A DNA stretch of 64,000 nucleotides from NCBI RefSeq assembly GCF_036365525.1, contig NW_027140453.1, forward strand, positions 496,001-560,000. The letters are read 5' to 3'. The notes under the pieces were generated by a model. The model was given only the letters and a program-made list of their open reading frames with translations, was not told the origin of the DNA and searched no databases. The DNA is from Heterodontus francisci (Eukaryota). The translations under genes and the position numbers were made by a program. This document shows, piece by piece, positions 1-12,119 of the stretch (its first letter is position 1; every line of letters begins with the position of its first letter).

Positions 1-392
1 CTCCCTCCACCACCGACACACAGTGGCAGCAGTGTGTACCATCTACAAGATGCACTGTAGCAATGCACAAAGACTCCTCAGACAGCACCTTCCAAACTCG
101 CGACCTCTACCAACTAGAATGACAAGGGCAGCAGATGCATCGGAACACCACCACCTGCAAGCTCCCCTCCAAGTCACACACCATCCTGACTTGGAACTAT
201 ATCGCCGTTCCTTCACTGTCGCAGGGTCAAAATCCTGGAACTCCCTTCCTAACAGCACTGTGGATGTAACTACCCCACGTGGACTGCAGTGGTTCAAGAA
301 GGCAGCTCACCACCACCTTCTCAAGGGCAATTAGAGATGGGCAATAAATGCTTGCCTGGCCAGCGACGCCCACATCCTATGAACGAACTTAA
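1..392 (+). mobile_element. 3' end of a CR1/L2-clade LINE
   Basis: RT C-terminal-like RSFTVAGSKSWNSLP...FKKAAHHHL and GGGCAATAAATG tail; same tail inverted at ~24650-24915. Confidence 0.7.
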
Positions 393-858
393 AAAATGAT
401 AAAAAGCTGGTCTCAGTCATAGTCAGCATAAAACTACTGGATTTCCTGAAAAACCCATCTCTCACTGAGAGAAGGAAATCTGTCATCTTTAACCGGCCTG
501 GCCTAAAAGGTGACTCCATTCCTGCAACAATGTGGCTGACTCTGAAATGACTGGGCAAGCCAGTTGGTCATACAAAAAGCTGTGCTGGGCACCCACCCAG
601 CATCCCTTATTAACACTCCCTATTAACCCTCCATCCTAAACTCCTGCAAAATGCTGATGTGCCCGCCGTGTTATTTCCTCCCATCCTCAGGAGCCCCTTT
701 CGACTCTGTTCCTGCTGTGTGTTTCTCATGTTGTTTTCAGCTCAGTATCTGTTTTGTATTTTCTCCTGCGAGCTGGCGAATTGCAATGCCTGGTGAAATG
801 TTGTGTAAAGGTGCGAAAAGCAGAGTTAAAACCACAGCGTATCATTTCCACAGATCTT

Positions 859-864
859 TTTATT
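859..864 (-). promoter_or_regulatory. Probable polyadenylation signal of the TRBC-like transcript
   Basis: AATAAA on minus strand ~385 nt downstream of the stop codon. Confidence 0.5.
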
Positions 865-1247
865 AGCCTGCTTGATGTCACAAGAGAGAGAAGGGTGCAT
901 CATGAAGAAGCTCAACTTAAAGAAATAAAGCTCAGTGTGCAAACGGGTCAAAGATGGACAGGAGACATCTCAACTAGTTAAAGTAGCTTACCCAGTTCAG
1001 CTAACCAGCTGACAAGTGGTTAAATGAATTGAATAGAAATTGAGACATAAATTTTAATTATGTTGTAATCCAATTCCTCTGAAAGACCTAATGGGTTTTG
1101 CCAGTTGCCAAACTGTTACTAACCAATAGAAAATGACAACATATCAATGATAGGGATATGACCCAATAGCCTCCTCCTCCTTTCCCATATTTCTGCAGGA
1201 TATGTTGTGACGAGTGCCGTGTTGCAGAGTTTTTGGCCCCGGCTTAG

Positions 1248-1280
1248 TTAATCGAAATTTTTTGTCAACTTTCCCGATAT
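1248..1280 (-). CDS. TRBC: TCR beta-like constant region exon 4 (cytoplasmic tail ISGKLTKNFD*)
   Basis: Polypyrimidine+CAG acceptor (ccccttccag), phase 0 matching the TM exon end, 10 codons then TAA at 1250-1248; C-terminal FD resembles shark TCRbeta tails. Confidence 0.85.
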   Translation of the reverse strand: MSGKLTKNFD

Positions 1281-1865
1281 CTGGAAGGGGAAAAAAAGGA
1301 AGGAAAAAGATTGAGTCAGTCATGGAATATTTCTTCTACAATGCCCTGGGAAGGATTTCGAGTCAGTGGAAACACATTTCATGGCATTTAACAAGATCCA
1401 GAGGGAAGGATGAGTTCTTTTTAAAACTCAGAGCGTTGTTGTCATCTGGAAATCAGTGCCTGAAAAAGCGGACAATTGGATTAAGACATGAAAGGGTAAA
1501 TTTTGCAAGGTGATGAGGAAAGAGTAGGGGAGTAGGGCTCTCTCTCTGTCTCCCTTAAACGCTTCTCTCTCTCTCTCTTTCTCTCTCTGTCTCTCTCTTT
1601 CTCTCTTTTTGTCTATGTGTTTCTCTCTCTGTCTGTGTCTCTGTGTCACTCTGTCTCTCCCTTGTCCTCTCCTCTCTCTCTCTCTCTCCCTTCCTGTCCC
1701 TCCCACTCTCACTGTCTCTCCCGTATGTTCTCTCTGTCTATTTCTCTCTCTTAGGTTCTCCCTCTGTCTCTTCCTGTCTCCCTCTCTCTCTGTCTCTGTG
1801 TCTGTCTGTCTCTCCCTTAAACGCTCCTCTCTCTCTCTCTCTTCCTCTCTCTATGTGCCTCAATC

Positions 1866-2550
1866 TTCAAAGAACAAAGAACAGTACAGCACTGGAACAG
1901 GCCATTCGGCCCTCCAAGCCTGCGTCGATCTTGATGCCTGCCTAAATGAAAACGTTCTGCACTTCCGGGGACCATATCCCTCTATTCCCTTCCTATTCAT
2001 ATATTTGTCAAGATGCCTCTTAAACGTCGCTATCGTACCTGCTTCCACGACCTCCCCTGACAGCAAGTTCCAGGCACTCACCACCCTCTGCGTAAAGAAC
2101 TTGCCTCGCACATCCCCTCTAAACTTTGCCCCTCTCACCTTAAACCTATGTCCCCCTAGTAACTGACTCTTCCACACTGGGAAAAAGCTTCTGACTATCC
2201 ACTCTGTCCATGCCACTTGTAACTTTGTAAACCTCTATCATGTCGCCCCTCCACCTCCGTCGTTCCAGTGAAAACAATCCGAGTTTATCCAACCTCTCCT
2301 CATAGCTAATGCCCTCCAGATCAGGCAACATCCTAGTAAACCTCCTCTGTACCCTCTCCAAAGCCTCCACGTCCTTCTGGTAGTGTGGCGACCAGAATTG
2401 CAAGCAATAATCTAAGTGTGGCCTAACTAAGGTTCTGTACAGCTGCAGCATGACTTGCCAATTTTTATACTCTATGCCCCGACCGATGAAGGCAAGCATG
2501 TCGTATGCCTTCTTGACTATCTTTTCCACCTGCGTTGCCACTTTCAGTGA
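1866..2550 (-). mobile_element. CR1 LINE 3' fragment (ORF2 C-terminus + 3'UTR)
   Basis: LYRTLVRPHLDYCLQFWSP, LERVQRRFTRM, KFFTQRVV..WN motifs. Confidence 0.93.
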
Positions 2551-3179
2551 CACTTCCTTTCTCACTCTGTCTCTCTTTCATTACCCCAAACTCTTTCTCT
2601 CTTTATGTATGTAATACAGACACACTCTCTCACTCTCTGTTTATCCCTCGTATCTCAAATTCTCTTTGTTTCTGTCGATATGCCTTTCTCTCTCATTTTA
2701 TCTCCCCAGACTCTCTCTATATCTGTCACTCTCTATATTTATCTATTTCTCTCTCTCTCTATCTCTCACTCTCTCACACACACACACACACACAATTTAT
2801 CTCTAGCTATCCCTTTCTCTTACTCTCTCCAACTCTCTCAGCATTTCCCTCACTGGTTCTGTCATTCTATCTCTTTGTCTCTCTTTCTGTCAATCTCTCT
2901 CTCTCTGTCTTTTTCTTTCTCGCTCTCTGTCCCTCCCCCCCCCCCCCCCCATCACATTGTCTCTATTACTCGATAGGTACGTCTCTCTCTTTCTCCTTCT
3001 CTATCGTTCACTCTGTCCTCATGTGAGAGGGTGGGGGAGATTCAGGACCCCTTGGTGCAGGATCTAGATGGATTTCAGTCGACACTGTGGTGCTAATAGA
3101 CAGTCTGGTTTCACTGTCGAACCACATGCACAATGACATGGACTGGGTTCAGTGATTCACCCTATTTATTTACTTTTTT

Positions 3180-3425
3180 ATTTATTTAGAGATACAGCAC
3201 CAAAACAGTCCCTTCGGCCCACCGAGTCTGTGCCGACCAACAACCACCCACTTATAATAACCCTCCAGTAATCCCATATTCCCGATCACCTCCCTACATG
3301 AGGAGCAATTTACAACGGCCATTTTAGCTATCACCTGCAAGTCTTTGGATGTGGGAGGAAACCGGAGCACCCGGCGAAAACCCACGCAGACACAGGGAAA
3401 ACTTGCAAACTCCGCACAGGCAGTG
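3180..3425 (-). mobile_element. V-SINE/HE1-type SINE fragment
   Basis: GGAGTTTGCAAGTTTTCCCTGTGTCTGCGTGGGTTTTC...CTCCGGTTTCCTCCCAC core plus CR1-like tail ending in AT-rich repeats. Confidence 0.8.
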
Positions 3426-3535
3426 CGGGGAATGTGCATCACTGATGCCTGAAAACCTGGAGAGGATTGAAGTTTACAGAATAGAGAATGGGGTTCGTTT
3501 TACACTTCAGCAAAATGTCCTAGTAATTCTCATAC

Positions 3536-3645
3536 CTTCCCCTTGAGCTGCACGATGGTGATCTTTGCCATATACAGGAAGCTCTTGGAGATGAGTAAAG
3601 TGTAAGTAGCTCTTGCCACAATCTGTTGCCTCTGTATCCGCTCCA
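3536..3645 (-). CDS. TRBC: TCR beta-like constant exon 3 (connecting peptide/transmembrane): (V)ERIQRQQIVARATYTLLISKSFLYMAKITIVQLKGK
   Basis: tttcag acceptor, AAG|gtatg donor, 110 nt phase 1->0; Y-x-LL-x-x-K-x-x-L-Y antigen-receptor TM motif with the conserved Lys. Confidence 0.9.
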
Positions 3646-3810
3646 CTGAAAGACAAACAAGAAAGACCATAGTCACTGGCCCTAAAATCCAACTTAATCA
3701 TTATGTACATTCCGTAAGTGTGTGTGTATGTGCGTGAGAGAGCGAGAGTGTGAGAGAGAGAGAGACAAAGACAGATCATAGCAAACTGATAAAATATTGA
3801 ATGTTCTCAC

Positions 3811-3828
3811 CATTCCCTTCACAGAGGC
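3811..3828 (-). CDS. TRBC: TCR beta-like constant exon 2 (18-nt hinge, GLCEGN, interchain Cys)
   Basis: tttcttccag|GC CTC TGT GAA GGG AAT G|gtgaga; 18-nt phase 1/1 Cys mini-exon typical of TRBC. Confidence 0.9.
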
Positions 3829-4094
3829 CTGGAAGAAATCAAAAAGAGGAAAAAACTTCAATTAGTTGTGCATAAATCGCAGTTTTCATATCACAGCAAG
3901 AACATAAATCGGGGGAAAATTCTCTGCACAGAGATTGGNNNNNNNNNNNNNNNNNNNNNNNNNNNNNNNNNNNNNNNNNNNNNNNNNNNNNNNNNNNNNN
4001 NNNNNNNNNNNNNNNNNNNNNNNNNNNNNNNNNNNNNNNNNNNNNNNNNNNNNNNNNNNNNNNNNNNNNNNNNNNNNNNNNNNNNNNNNNNNNN

Positions 4095-6189
4095 CTTTCT
4101 CTGTCTGTCTTTCTCTGTCTTTCTGACTCTTTCTCTCTCGTTCTCCTTTTCTCTCTGTATTTGTTTCCATGCCTCTCTGCATGTCACGCTCTATCTCCGT
4201 CACTCTNNNNNNNNNNNNNNNNNNNNNNNNNNNNNNNNNNNNNNNNNNNNNNNNNNNNNNNNNNNNNNNNNNNNNNNNNNNNNNNNNNNNNNNNNNNNNN
4301 NNNNNNNNNNNNNNNNNNNNNNNNNNNNNNNNNNNNNNNNNNNNNNNNNNNNNNNNNNNNNNNNNNNNNNNNNNNNNNNNNNNNNNNNNNNNNNNNNNNN
4401 NNNNNNNNNNNNNNNNNNNNNNNNNNNNNNNNNNNNNNNNNNNNNNNNNNNNNNNNNNNNNNNNNNNNNNNNNNCTCTATCTCTCACTGTCTCTGTCTTT
4501 CCCACTGTCTCCCTGCCTTTCTCTCCCTATGTCTCTCTCTTTCCTTTCCTGTCTCTCTCTCTCTCTCTCTGTCTCTCTCTCAGTCTCTCTCTCTTTGACC
4601 ATGTGNNNNNNNNNNNNNNNNNNNNNNNNNNNNNNNNNNNNNNNNNNNNNNNNNNNNNNNNNNNNNNNNNNNNNNNNNNNNNNNNNNNNNNNNNNNNNNN
4701 NNNNNNNNNNNNNNNNNNNNNNNNNNNNNNNNNNNNNNNNNNNNNNNNNNNNNNCTCTCTGCCTCTCTCGATCTGTCACTCTTTCTCTCTGTCTCTCTTT
4801 CTCTTCCTGTCTCTGTCTCTCTCTCTGGCTCTGGCTCTCCTCCTCTCCTTGTCTCTCTGNNNNNNNNNNNNNNNNNNNNNNNNNNNNNNNNNNNNNNNNN
4901 NNNNNNNNNNNNNNNNNNNNNNNNNNNNNNNNNNNNNNNNNNNNNNNNNNNNNNNNNNNNNNNNNNNNNNNNNNNNNNNNNNNNNNNNNNNNNNNNNNNN
5001 NNNNNNNNNNNNNNNNNNNNNNNNNNNNNNNNNNNNNNNTCTCTGTCTTTCTGTCTCTGGCTCTCCCTGTCTCTGCCTCTCTTTCTCTCTGTTTCTGTCT
5101 CTCTGTCCCTGTCTCTCTCTGTCTGTCTCTCTCAATCTCTGTCTCTCTGTNNNNNNNNNNNNNNNNNNNNNNNNNNNNNNNNNNNNNNNNNNNNNNNNNN
5201 NNNNNNNNNNNNNNNNNNNNNNNNNNNNNNNNNNNNNNNNNNNNNNNNNNNNNNNNNNNNNNNNNNNNNNNNNNNNNNNNNNNNNNNNNNNNNNNNNNNN
5301 NNNNCTGTCTCTGTCTGTCTTTCTCTGTCTGTCAGACTCTTTCTCTCTCGTTCTCCTTTTCTCTCTGTATTTGTTTCCATGTCTCTCTGTGTGTCACGCT
5401 CTATCTCCGTCGCTCTNNNNNNNNNNNNNNNNNNNNNNNNNNNNNNNNNNNNNNNNNNNNNNNNNNNNNNNNNNNNNNNNNNNNNNNNNNNNNNNNNNNN
5501 NNNNNNNNNNNNNNNNNNNNNNNNNNNNNNNNNNNNNNNNNNNNNNNNNNNNNNNNNNNNNNNNNNNNNNNNNNNNNNNNNNNNNNNNNNNNNNNNNNNN
5601 NNNNNNNNNNNNNNNNNNNNNNNNNNNNNNNNNNNNNNNNNNNNNNNNNNNNNNNNNNNNNNNNNNNNNNNNNNNNNNNNNNNNNNNNNNNNNNNNNNNN
5701 NNNNNNNNNNNNNNNNNNNNNNNNNNGCCTTTCTCTCTCTATGTCNNNNNNNNNNNNNNNNNNNNNNNNNNNNNNNNNNNNNNNNNNNNNNNNNNNNNNN
5801 NNNNNNNNNNNNNNNNNNNNNNNNNNNNNNNNNNNNNNNNNNNNNNNNNNNNNNNNNNNNNNNNNNNNNNNNNNNNNNNNNNNNNNNNNNNNNNNNNNNN
5901 NNNNCTCTCACTCACTGCCTCTGTCTTTCCCGTTGTCTCTCTGCCTCTCTCGATCTGTCACTCTTTCTCTCTGTCTCTCTTTCTCTTCCTGTCTCTGTCT
6001 CTCTCTCTGGCTCTCGCTCTCCTTCTGTCCTTGTCTCTCTGNNNNNNNNNNNNNNNNNNNNNNNNNNNNNNNNNNNNNNNNNNNNNNNNNNNNNNNNNNN
6101 NNNNNNNNNNNNNNNNNNNNNNNNNNNNNNNNNNNNNNNNNNNNNNNNNNNNNNNNNNNNNNNNNNNNNNTTCTGTCTGCCTCTTTCTT

Positions 6190-6226
<37 letters not shown>

Positions 6227-6515
6227 GTGTGTTTGTCTCTTTTTCTCTGTCTCCCTTTCTCTGTCTCTGTCTCTCTGACTCTCTCTGTCTCTCTCTCTCC
6301 ATCTCTTTATCTGTCTCTCTCACTGTCTGTCTGTCTCTGTGTCACTCTCTGTCTCTANNNNNNNNNNNNNNNNNNNNNNNNNNNNNNNNNNNNNNNNNNN
6401 NNNNNNNNNNNNNNNNNNNNNNNNNNNNNNNNNNNNNNNNNNNNNNNNNNNNNNNNNNNNNNNNNNNNNNNNNNNNNNNNNNNNNNNNNNNNNNNNNNNN
6501 NNNNNNCTCTGTCTC
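4095..6515. repeat. CT-rich degenerate microsatellite with multiple assembly gaps
   Basis: (CT/CTGT)n interleaved with N runs. Confidence 0.95.
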
Positions 6516-6879
6516 TGAGTGGTGAACCATTTGGGTGAACATAAGGTTATTGATGGTTACTGAGCCGAGGCGTCAAATAGAGTAATTGTAGAGATTAATC
6601 TTTATGTAACAGAATGGTGGAACAAGCTTCAACGGCTGAATAGCCTCGGCCTCTTCCAGTGTTCTTAAGTCTCAGCTATGATGTAGACTTTCCCAAGCTA
6701 TCCACCTAACTGAATTCCTTCATCCCTGGAACCTTTGTCGTGAATATTTTGTGCACCCTCTCTAACACCTTCACATCCTCCCTCAAGGCTGTAACATTGC
6801 ATTGATAAAGGTTCAGTATAGCTTCCTTGCTTTGGGCTCGGGTGGAGCAGAGGTGATTCCAGGCATTGCAGACACTCAC

Positions 6880-7217
6880 CTGCCTTCCTGCTGATCTTGG
6901 CATCTTGAGAAATCTCCGCGCCGTCTTTACTGTAATGGGTCACTTTGCAGGAATACTGCTTGCGGGCCCATTCGGCCATGGGAATCTTCAACCGACTGGT
7001 CCACGCTGTCGCGGCCTGCATCATCCTTTACCCGCCTGTCAGTCAGCACATCCTTCGTCTCGATCTCCTCGTTGCCCCCATGTCCAGGAGAACTTCACGT
7101 AGTCCGGGAAGAAGCCACTGGCCAGGCAGACAATGGTGGCTTTCTTACGGGCCCTGATTTCTTCTTCCGATGGCTCAAAAACGGTCATGGTGGGATGCTT
7201 AACCTCTTGGTCTGCCT
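6880..7217 (-). pseudogene. TRBC: TCR beta-like constant exon 1 (Ig C1 domain), apparently frameshifted
   Basis: cccacag acceptor, G|gtgagt donor; reads [48 protein letters not shown] / [24 protein letters not shown] / TSRLKIPMAEWARKQYSCKVTHYSKDGAEISQDAKISRKA over three frames; exon is 338 nt (336+2), extra G at ~7075-7079 and ~7001-7002. Confidence 0.85.
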
Positions 7218-7465
7218 CTGTGGGAGAGTGAAACATGAGTGTTAGGAACGACGGGGATGGAAGGGGGGGTGGCGAGTGGGGGTGGGGGGGGGCGGGGGGA
7301 GTGTGCTTACCCCAGCGTTCATTCTCCTTCACCACAACATCAACAGTTTGTTGTAGACTATAAAAGAAAGGAGGGAGGGAAAAACAGAGAATTACAGACC
7401 AGTTAGCCTTACATCAGTAGTGGGGAAAATGCTAGAGACTATTATAAATGATGTGATAACAGAAC

Positions 7466-10092
7466 AGAGATAGGGAGCAGGGGGCTGCAGGACGTTACAT
7501 AGATAGGGAGAGTTGTAGGGGCTGGAGGAGGTTACAGAGATAGTGAGGGTTGTTGGGGCTGGAGGAGGTTGCAGAGATAAAGAGGGTTGGAGGGGCTGGA
7601 GGGGGTTTCAGATATAGGGAGGCGTGTAGGCGGCTGTAGGAGGTCACAGAGATAGGGAGGGGTGTAGGGGGCTGGAGGAGGTTACAGAGATAGAGAGGGG
7701 TGTGGGGGCTGCATGAGGTTACAGAGATAGGGAGGGTTGTAGAGGCTGATGGAGGTTACAGAGATAGGGAGGGGTGGAGGGGGCTGGAGAAGGTTACAGA
7801 GATAGAGAGGGCGGTAGGGGCTGGAGGAGGTTACAGAGTTCAGCAGGGTTGTAGGGGGCTGGAGGAGGTTACAGAGATAGGGAGGGGTGTAGGGGCTGGA
7901 GGAGGTAACAGAGATAGGGATGGTTGTAGGGGCTGGAGAATGTAACAGAGATAGGGAGGTTTATAGGGGCTGGAGGAAGTAACAGAGGTAGGGAGTGCTG
8001 TCGGGGCTGGAGGCTGTTACAGAGATAGGGAGGGTTTTTTGGGCTGGAGGAGGTTACAGAGATGGGAGGGGTGTAGGGGCTGAAGGAGGTTACAGAGATA
8101 GGGAGGGTTGTAGGGGCTGGAGGATGTTACAGAGATAGGGAGGTTTGGAGGAGCTGGAGGAGGTAACAGAGATAGGGAGAACTGTGGCGACTGGAGGATG
8201 TTACAGAGACAGGGAGGGTTGTAGGGGCTGGAGGAGGTTACAGAGATAGGGAAGAGTGTAGGGGGCTGGAGGATGTTACAGAAACAGGGAGGGATGTAGG
8301 GGACTGGAGGAGGCTACAGAGGGAGGGAGGTGTGTAGGGGCTGGAGGAGGTGACAGAGATAGGGAGGGCTATAGGGTCTGGAGTATGTTACAGAGATGGG
8401 GACGGTTGTGTGTACTGAAGGAGGTTACAGAGATATGGAGTGGTGTAGGAGCTGGAGGAGGTTACAGAGATAGAGAGGGTGGTTGGGGCTGGAGGAGGTT
8501 ACAGAGTTCGGCAGGGTTGTAGGGTCTGGAGGATGTTACAGAGATAGGGACGGTTGTGTGTGCTGAAGGAGGTTACAGAGATATGGAGTGGTGTAGGAGC
8601 TGGAGGAGGTTACAGAGATAGAGAGGGTGGTAGGCGCTGGAGGAGGTTACAGAGTTCGGCAGGGTTGTAAGGGGCTGGAGGAGGTTACAGAGATAGGGAG
8701 GGGTGTAGGGGCTGGAGGAGGTAACAGAGATAGGGATGGCTGTAGGGGCTGGAGGATGTAACAGAGATAGGGAGGGTTATAGGGGCTGGAGGAAGTAACA
8801 GGGGTAGGGAGTGCTGTCGGGGCTGGAGGCTGTTACAGAGATAGGGAGGGTTTTTTGGGCTGGAGGAGGTTACAGAGATGGGAGGGGTGTAGGGGCTGAA
8901 GGAGGTTACAGAGATAGGGAAGAGTTTAGGGGGCTGGAGGAGGCTACAGAGGGAGGAAGGGGTGTAGGGGCTGGAGGAGGTGACAGAAATAGGGAGGGCT
9001 ATAGGGTCTGGAGCATGTTACAGAGATGGGGATGGCTGTAGGGGCTGGAGGATGTTACAGAGATCGAGAGGGGTGTAGGAGCTGGAGGAGGTAACAGAGA
9101 TAGGGAGGGCTATAGGGTCTGGAGGATGTTACAGAGATAGGGATGGTTGTGTGTGCTGAAAGAGGTTACAGAGATATGGAGTGGTGTAGGAGCTGGAGGA
9201 GGTAACAGAGATAGGGAGGGCTATAGGGTCTGGAGTATGTTGCAGAGATGGGGAGGGCTGTAGGGGCTGGAGGATGTTACAGAGATAGAGAGGGGTGTAG
9301 GAGCTGGAGGAGGTAACAGAGATAGGGAGGGCTATAGGGTCTGGAGTATGTTACAGAGATGGGGAGGGCTGTAGGGGCTGGAGGATGTTACAGAGATAGA
9401 GAGGGGTGTAGGAGCTGGAGGAGGCAACAGAGATAGGGAGGGCTATAGGGTCTGGAGTATGTTACAGAGATGGGGAGGGCTGTAGGGGCTGGAGGATGTT
9501 ACAGAGATAGAGAGGGGTGTAGGAGCTGGAGGAGGTAACAGAGATAGGGAGGGCTATAGGGTCTGGAGGATGTTACAGAGATAGGGAGGGCTGTAGGGGC
9601 TGGAGGATGTTACAGAGATAGAGAGGGGTGTAGGAGCTGGAGGAGGTAACAGAGATAGGGAGGGCTATAGGGTCTGGAGGATGTTACAGAGATAGGGAGG
9701 GCTGTAGGGACTGGAGGAGGTTACAGAGATGGGGAGGGGTATAGGAGCTGAAGGAGGTTACAGAGATAGGGAGTGGTGTAGGGGTTGAAGGATGTTACAG
9801 AGATAGGGAGGGTGTAGGGGGCTGGAGGATGTTACAGAGACAGGGATGGATGTGGGGTGCTGATGGATGTTACAGAGATAGGGAGGGTGTAGGGGCTGGA
9901 GGATGTTACAGAAATAGGGAGGGGTGTCGGGGCTGGAGGAGGTAACAGAGATAGGAAGGGTTGTAGGGGCTGGAGGAGGTAACAGAGATAAGGAGGGGTA
10001 TATGGGCTGTAGGAGGTCACAGTGTTAGGGAGGGCTGTAGGGGCTGGAGGATGTTACAGAGATAGGGAGGGTGGTAGGGGCTGGAGGAGGTT
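7466..10092 (+). repeat. ~38-bp G-rich minisatellite in the J-C intron
   Basis: Unit ~ACAGAGATAGGGAGGGGTGTAGGGGCTGGAGGAGGTT repeated over ~2.6 kb. Confidence 0.95.
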
Positions 10093-11749
10093 GCCCGAGT
10101 CCCAGTCCAGAGCTGCAAGTCTATCATCCAGGGCAACACTACCTCCAGGACTGAGAGAAAAGCGGACTTAGAACCGGAGCATGTAGGAAAGCGAGGGAGA
10201 GGTAGATGATAGAACAGAAACAAGGTGACAAGTAGAGAGGGGGCAAGCAGAGACAAACAACAGGGAAAAGGAAGAGGGCAAGTAGAGAGAGAGATAAGGA
10301 TAAGAAATAAAGAGGATGAGGAACTTAGTGGCGGAAAGCTTTAACGAAAGAGAAATAAAGTGAGGTCACACAAGATGACACCAAGGATGAGAGACTTCAG
10401 TTAATGTGGAGAGACTGGAGGAGCTGGGATTGTTCTCCTGAAGAGAAAGTTCAGGGGAGACTTAGCAGAGACGTTTGCAATCGGTCATGGATTTGACAGA
10501 ATAAATGAGGTGAAACTGTTTCCCGTGACACAAAGCAGTGAGCTGTTGTGATGTGGAATGCATTGCCTGAAAGGGCGGTGGGATTCACTCATAGTATTAC
10601 AAAGAGAATTGGGTCAACAGCTGAAGGGAAGGAATTGCAGGTCTATAGCGATAGGGTGGGAGGGAACTGGGATCAATCAGACAGCTGTAGAAAGGAGCCA
10701 ACCCTGGCACCATGGTCAATGGTCCAGAACTGTACTGCTCTCTCTGCCCGAATCTCTCTCTCTCTCTCTCTCTGCCTGAATCTCTCTCTCCTTTTCTCTC
10801 TCAATCTCAGTAAATCTCTCCCTCTCTGATTCTCTCCCTCTCTCCCTGAATCTCTCCCTCTCTCTCTGAATCGCTCCCACTCTCTCTCTCTGAATCTCTC
10901 CCCCTCTCTCTCTTGGGTTCTCTCCCTCACTCCCTGAATCTCTCCCTCTCTCTCTGAATTGTTCTCTCTCTCTCTAAATCTCTCTCTCTCTGAAACACCC
11001 CCCCCCCTCTGAATCGCTCCCACTCTCTCTCTCTCTCTGCCTCTCTCTCTCTGAATTGCTCTCTCTCTCTCTGTCTAAATCTCTCTCTCTCTCTCTCTGA
11101 AACACACCCCCTCCCTCTGAATCGCTCCCACTCTCTCTCTCTCTCTCTCTCTGCCTCTCTCTCTGAATCTCTCCCCCGCTCTCTAAATCACTCTCTCTCT
11201 GAAACTATCTCTCTCTCTGCCACTCATTCCCTCTCGGAGTGTTTCTCTCTCAATTTGTGATTCTCTCTCTGTGTTTCTCTCACTGGCTTTCTGTCTGCCT
11301 CTCTACTGCCTGCAGTCTCCCTCTCTCTCTCTCTCTCTCTCTGTTTCTGTTTATTTTTTCTCTCCGTTTCTTTCTCTCTCTCTCTTCCCTCTCTCTTTCT
11401 CTCTGTTTCTTTCCATCGATCTCTATCATCACTCTCTCGGTGTTTCTTTCCCTCTCTCTCTGTTTCTTTCCCTCTCTTTCTGCATCTTTCTCTCTCTGCT
11501 TCCATTTTTTTCTCGCCATTTTTTCTATCTCACATTTTTCTCTGCTTATTTCCCTGTTTCTGTTGCTTTCCCTTTCTGTTTATTTCCCCCTCTCTGCACC
11601 AAAGGGACACAATGATCAAATGGCCACTTTCAACACAATAATAAGATTCCATCTGGTCAGACACGATAAACTCAGAGATATTATTGTGTGTACCGGCTCC
11701 TTTTGCTCCCCAACTCAACCTCCAGCACCTGGACTCGAGCATTACTTAC

Positions 11750-11798
11750 CCAGAACGGTGAGTCGGGTACCACCTCCGAAGGTAGCTGGATCGTTCAC
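11750..11798 (-). CDS. TRBJ: TCR beta-like J segment VNDPATFGGGTRLTVL(G)
   Basis: FGxG motif, TRLTVL, G|gtaagt donor in phase 1 matching C exon 1. Confidence 0.95.
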
Positions 11799-11826
11799 CA
11801 CAGAGAGTGAACCCACCATTGAAGCC
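11799..11826 (+). promoter_or_regulatory. J 12-RSS (CACAGAG-12 bp-ATTGAAGCC)
   Basis: Heptamer abuts J coding end; 12-bp spacer; degenerate nonamer (5/9 to ACAAAAACC). Confidence 0.75.
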
Positions 11827-12067
11827 CCCCTCCCCCAGCAAGCCTCTCGCCTTGCCTGGGCAGTTTGCTATCTCTTCAGGGGGCATGTGCCCCATGAGAT
11901 GGTCAACTCAGGATTCAGTCTGCTCCTGCCTGTCCTGACAGTGGAGGCGCCTTGCTGCAGGGGTGGGGATATCCTGGGCACTGGGGCAGGCAGTCGGGTA
12001 GCCTGTGAGAAGGGCAAGCGGACGGTGGAGTTCTTGCACGGGGTGAGCACAGGAATGTAACACGGTG

Positions 12068-12081
12068 CTATACTGACCTCC
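12068..12081 (-). CDS. TRBD: TCR beta-like D segment GGAGGTCAGTATAG
   Basis: Flanked by 5' 12-RSS (minus strand TTTTATTGA-ACTGCTTTGTAA-CATCGTG, 12082-12109) and 3' 23-RSS (CACCGTG-23 bp-GCAAGAACT, 12029-12067); 12/23 layout as for Dbeta; ~270 bp upstream of J. Confidence 0.9.
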
Positions 12082-12119
12082 CACGATGTTACAAAGCAGT
12101 TCAATAAAACCTCTCCCCC

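Noticed and set aside
7300-7345. Splice-donor-like GG|gtaagc just upstream of C exon 1 as a possible extra J
   Set aside because: No FGxG motif or RSS
12061-12099. Apparent plus-strand 23-RSS (CACGGTG-23-ACAAAGCAG)
   Set aside because: Better explained as the D 3' heptamer plus D plus part of the 5' 12-RSS spacer; the overlap is likely coincidental
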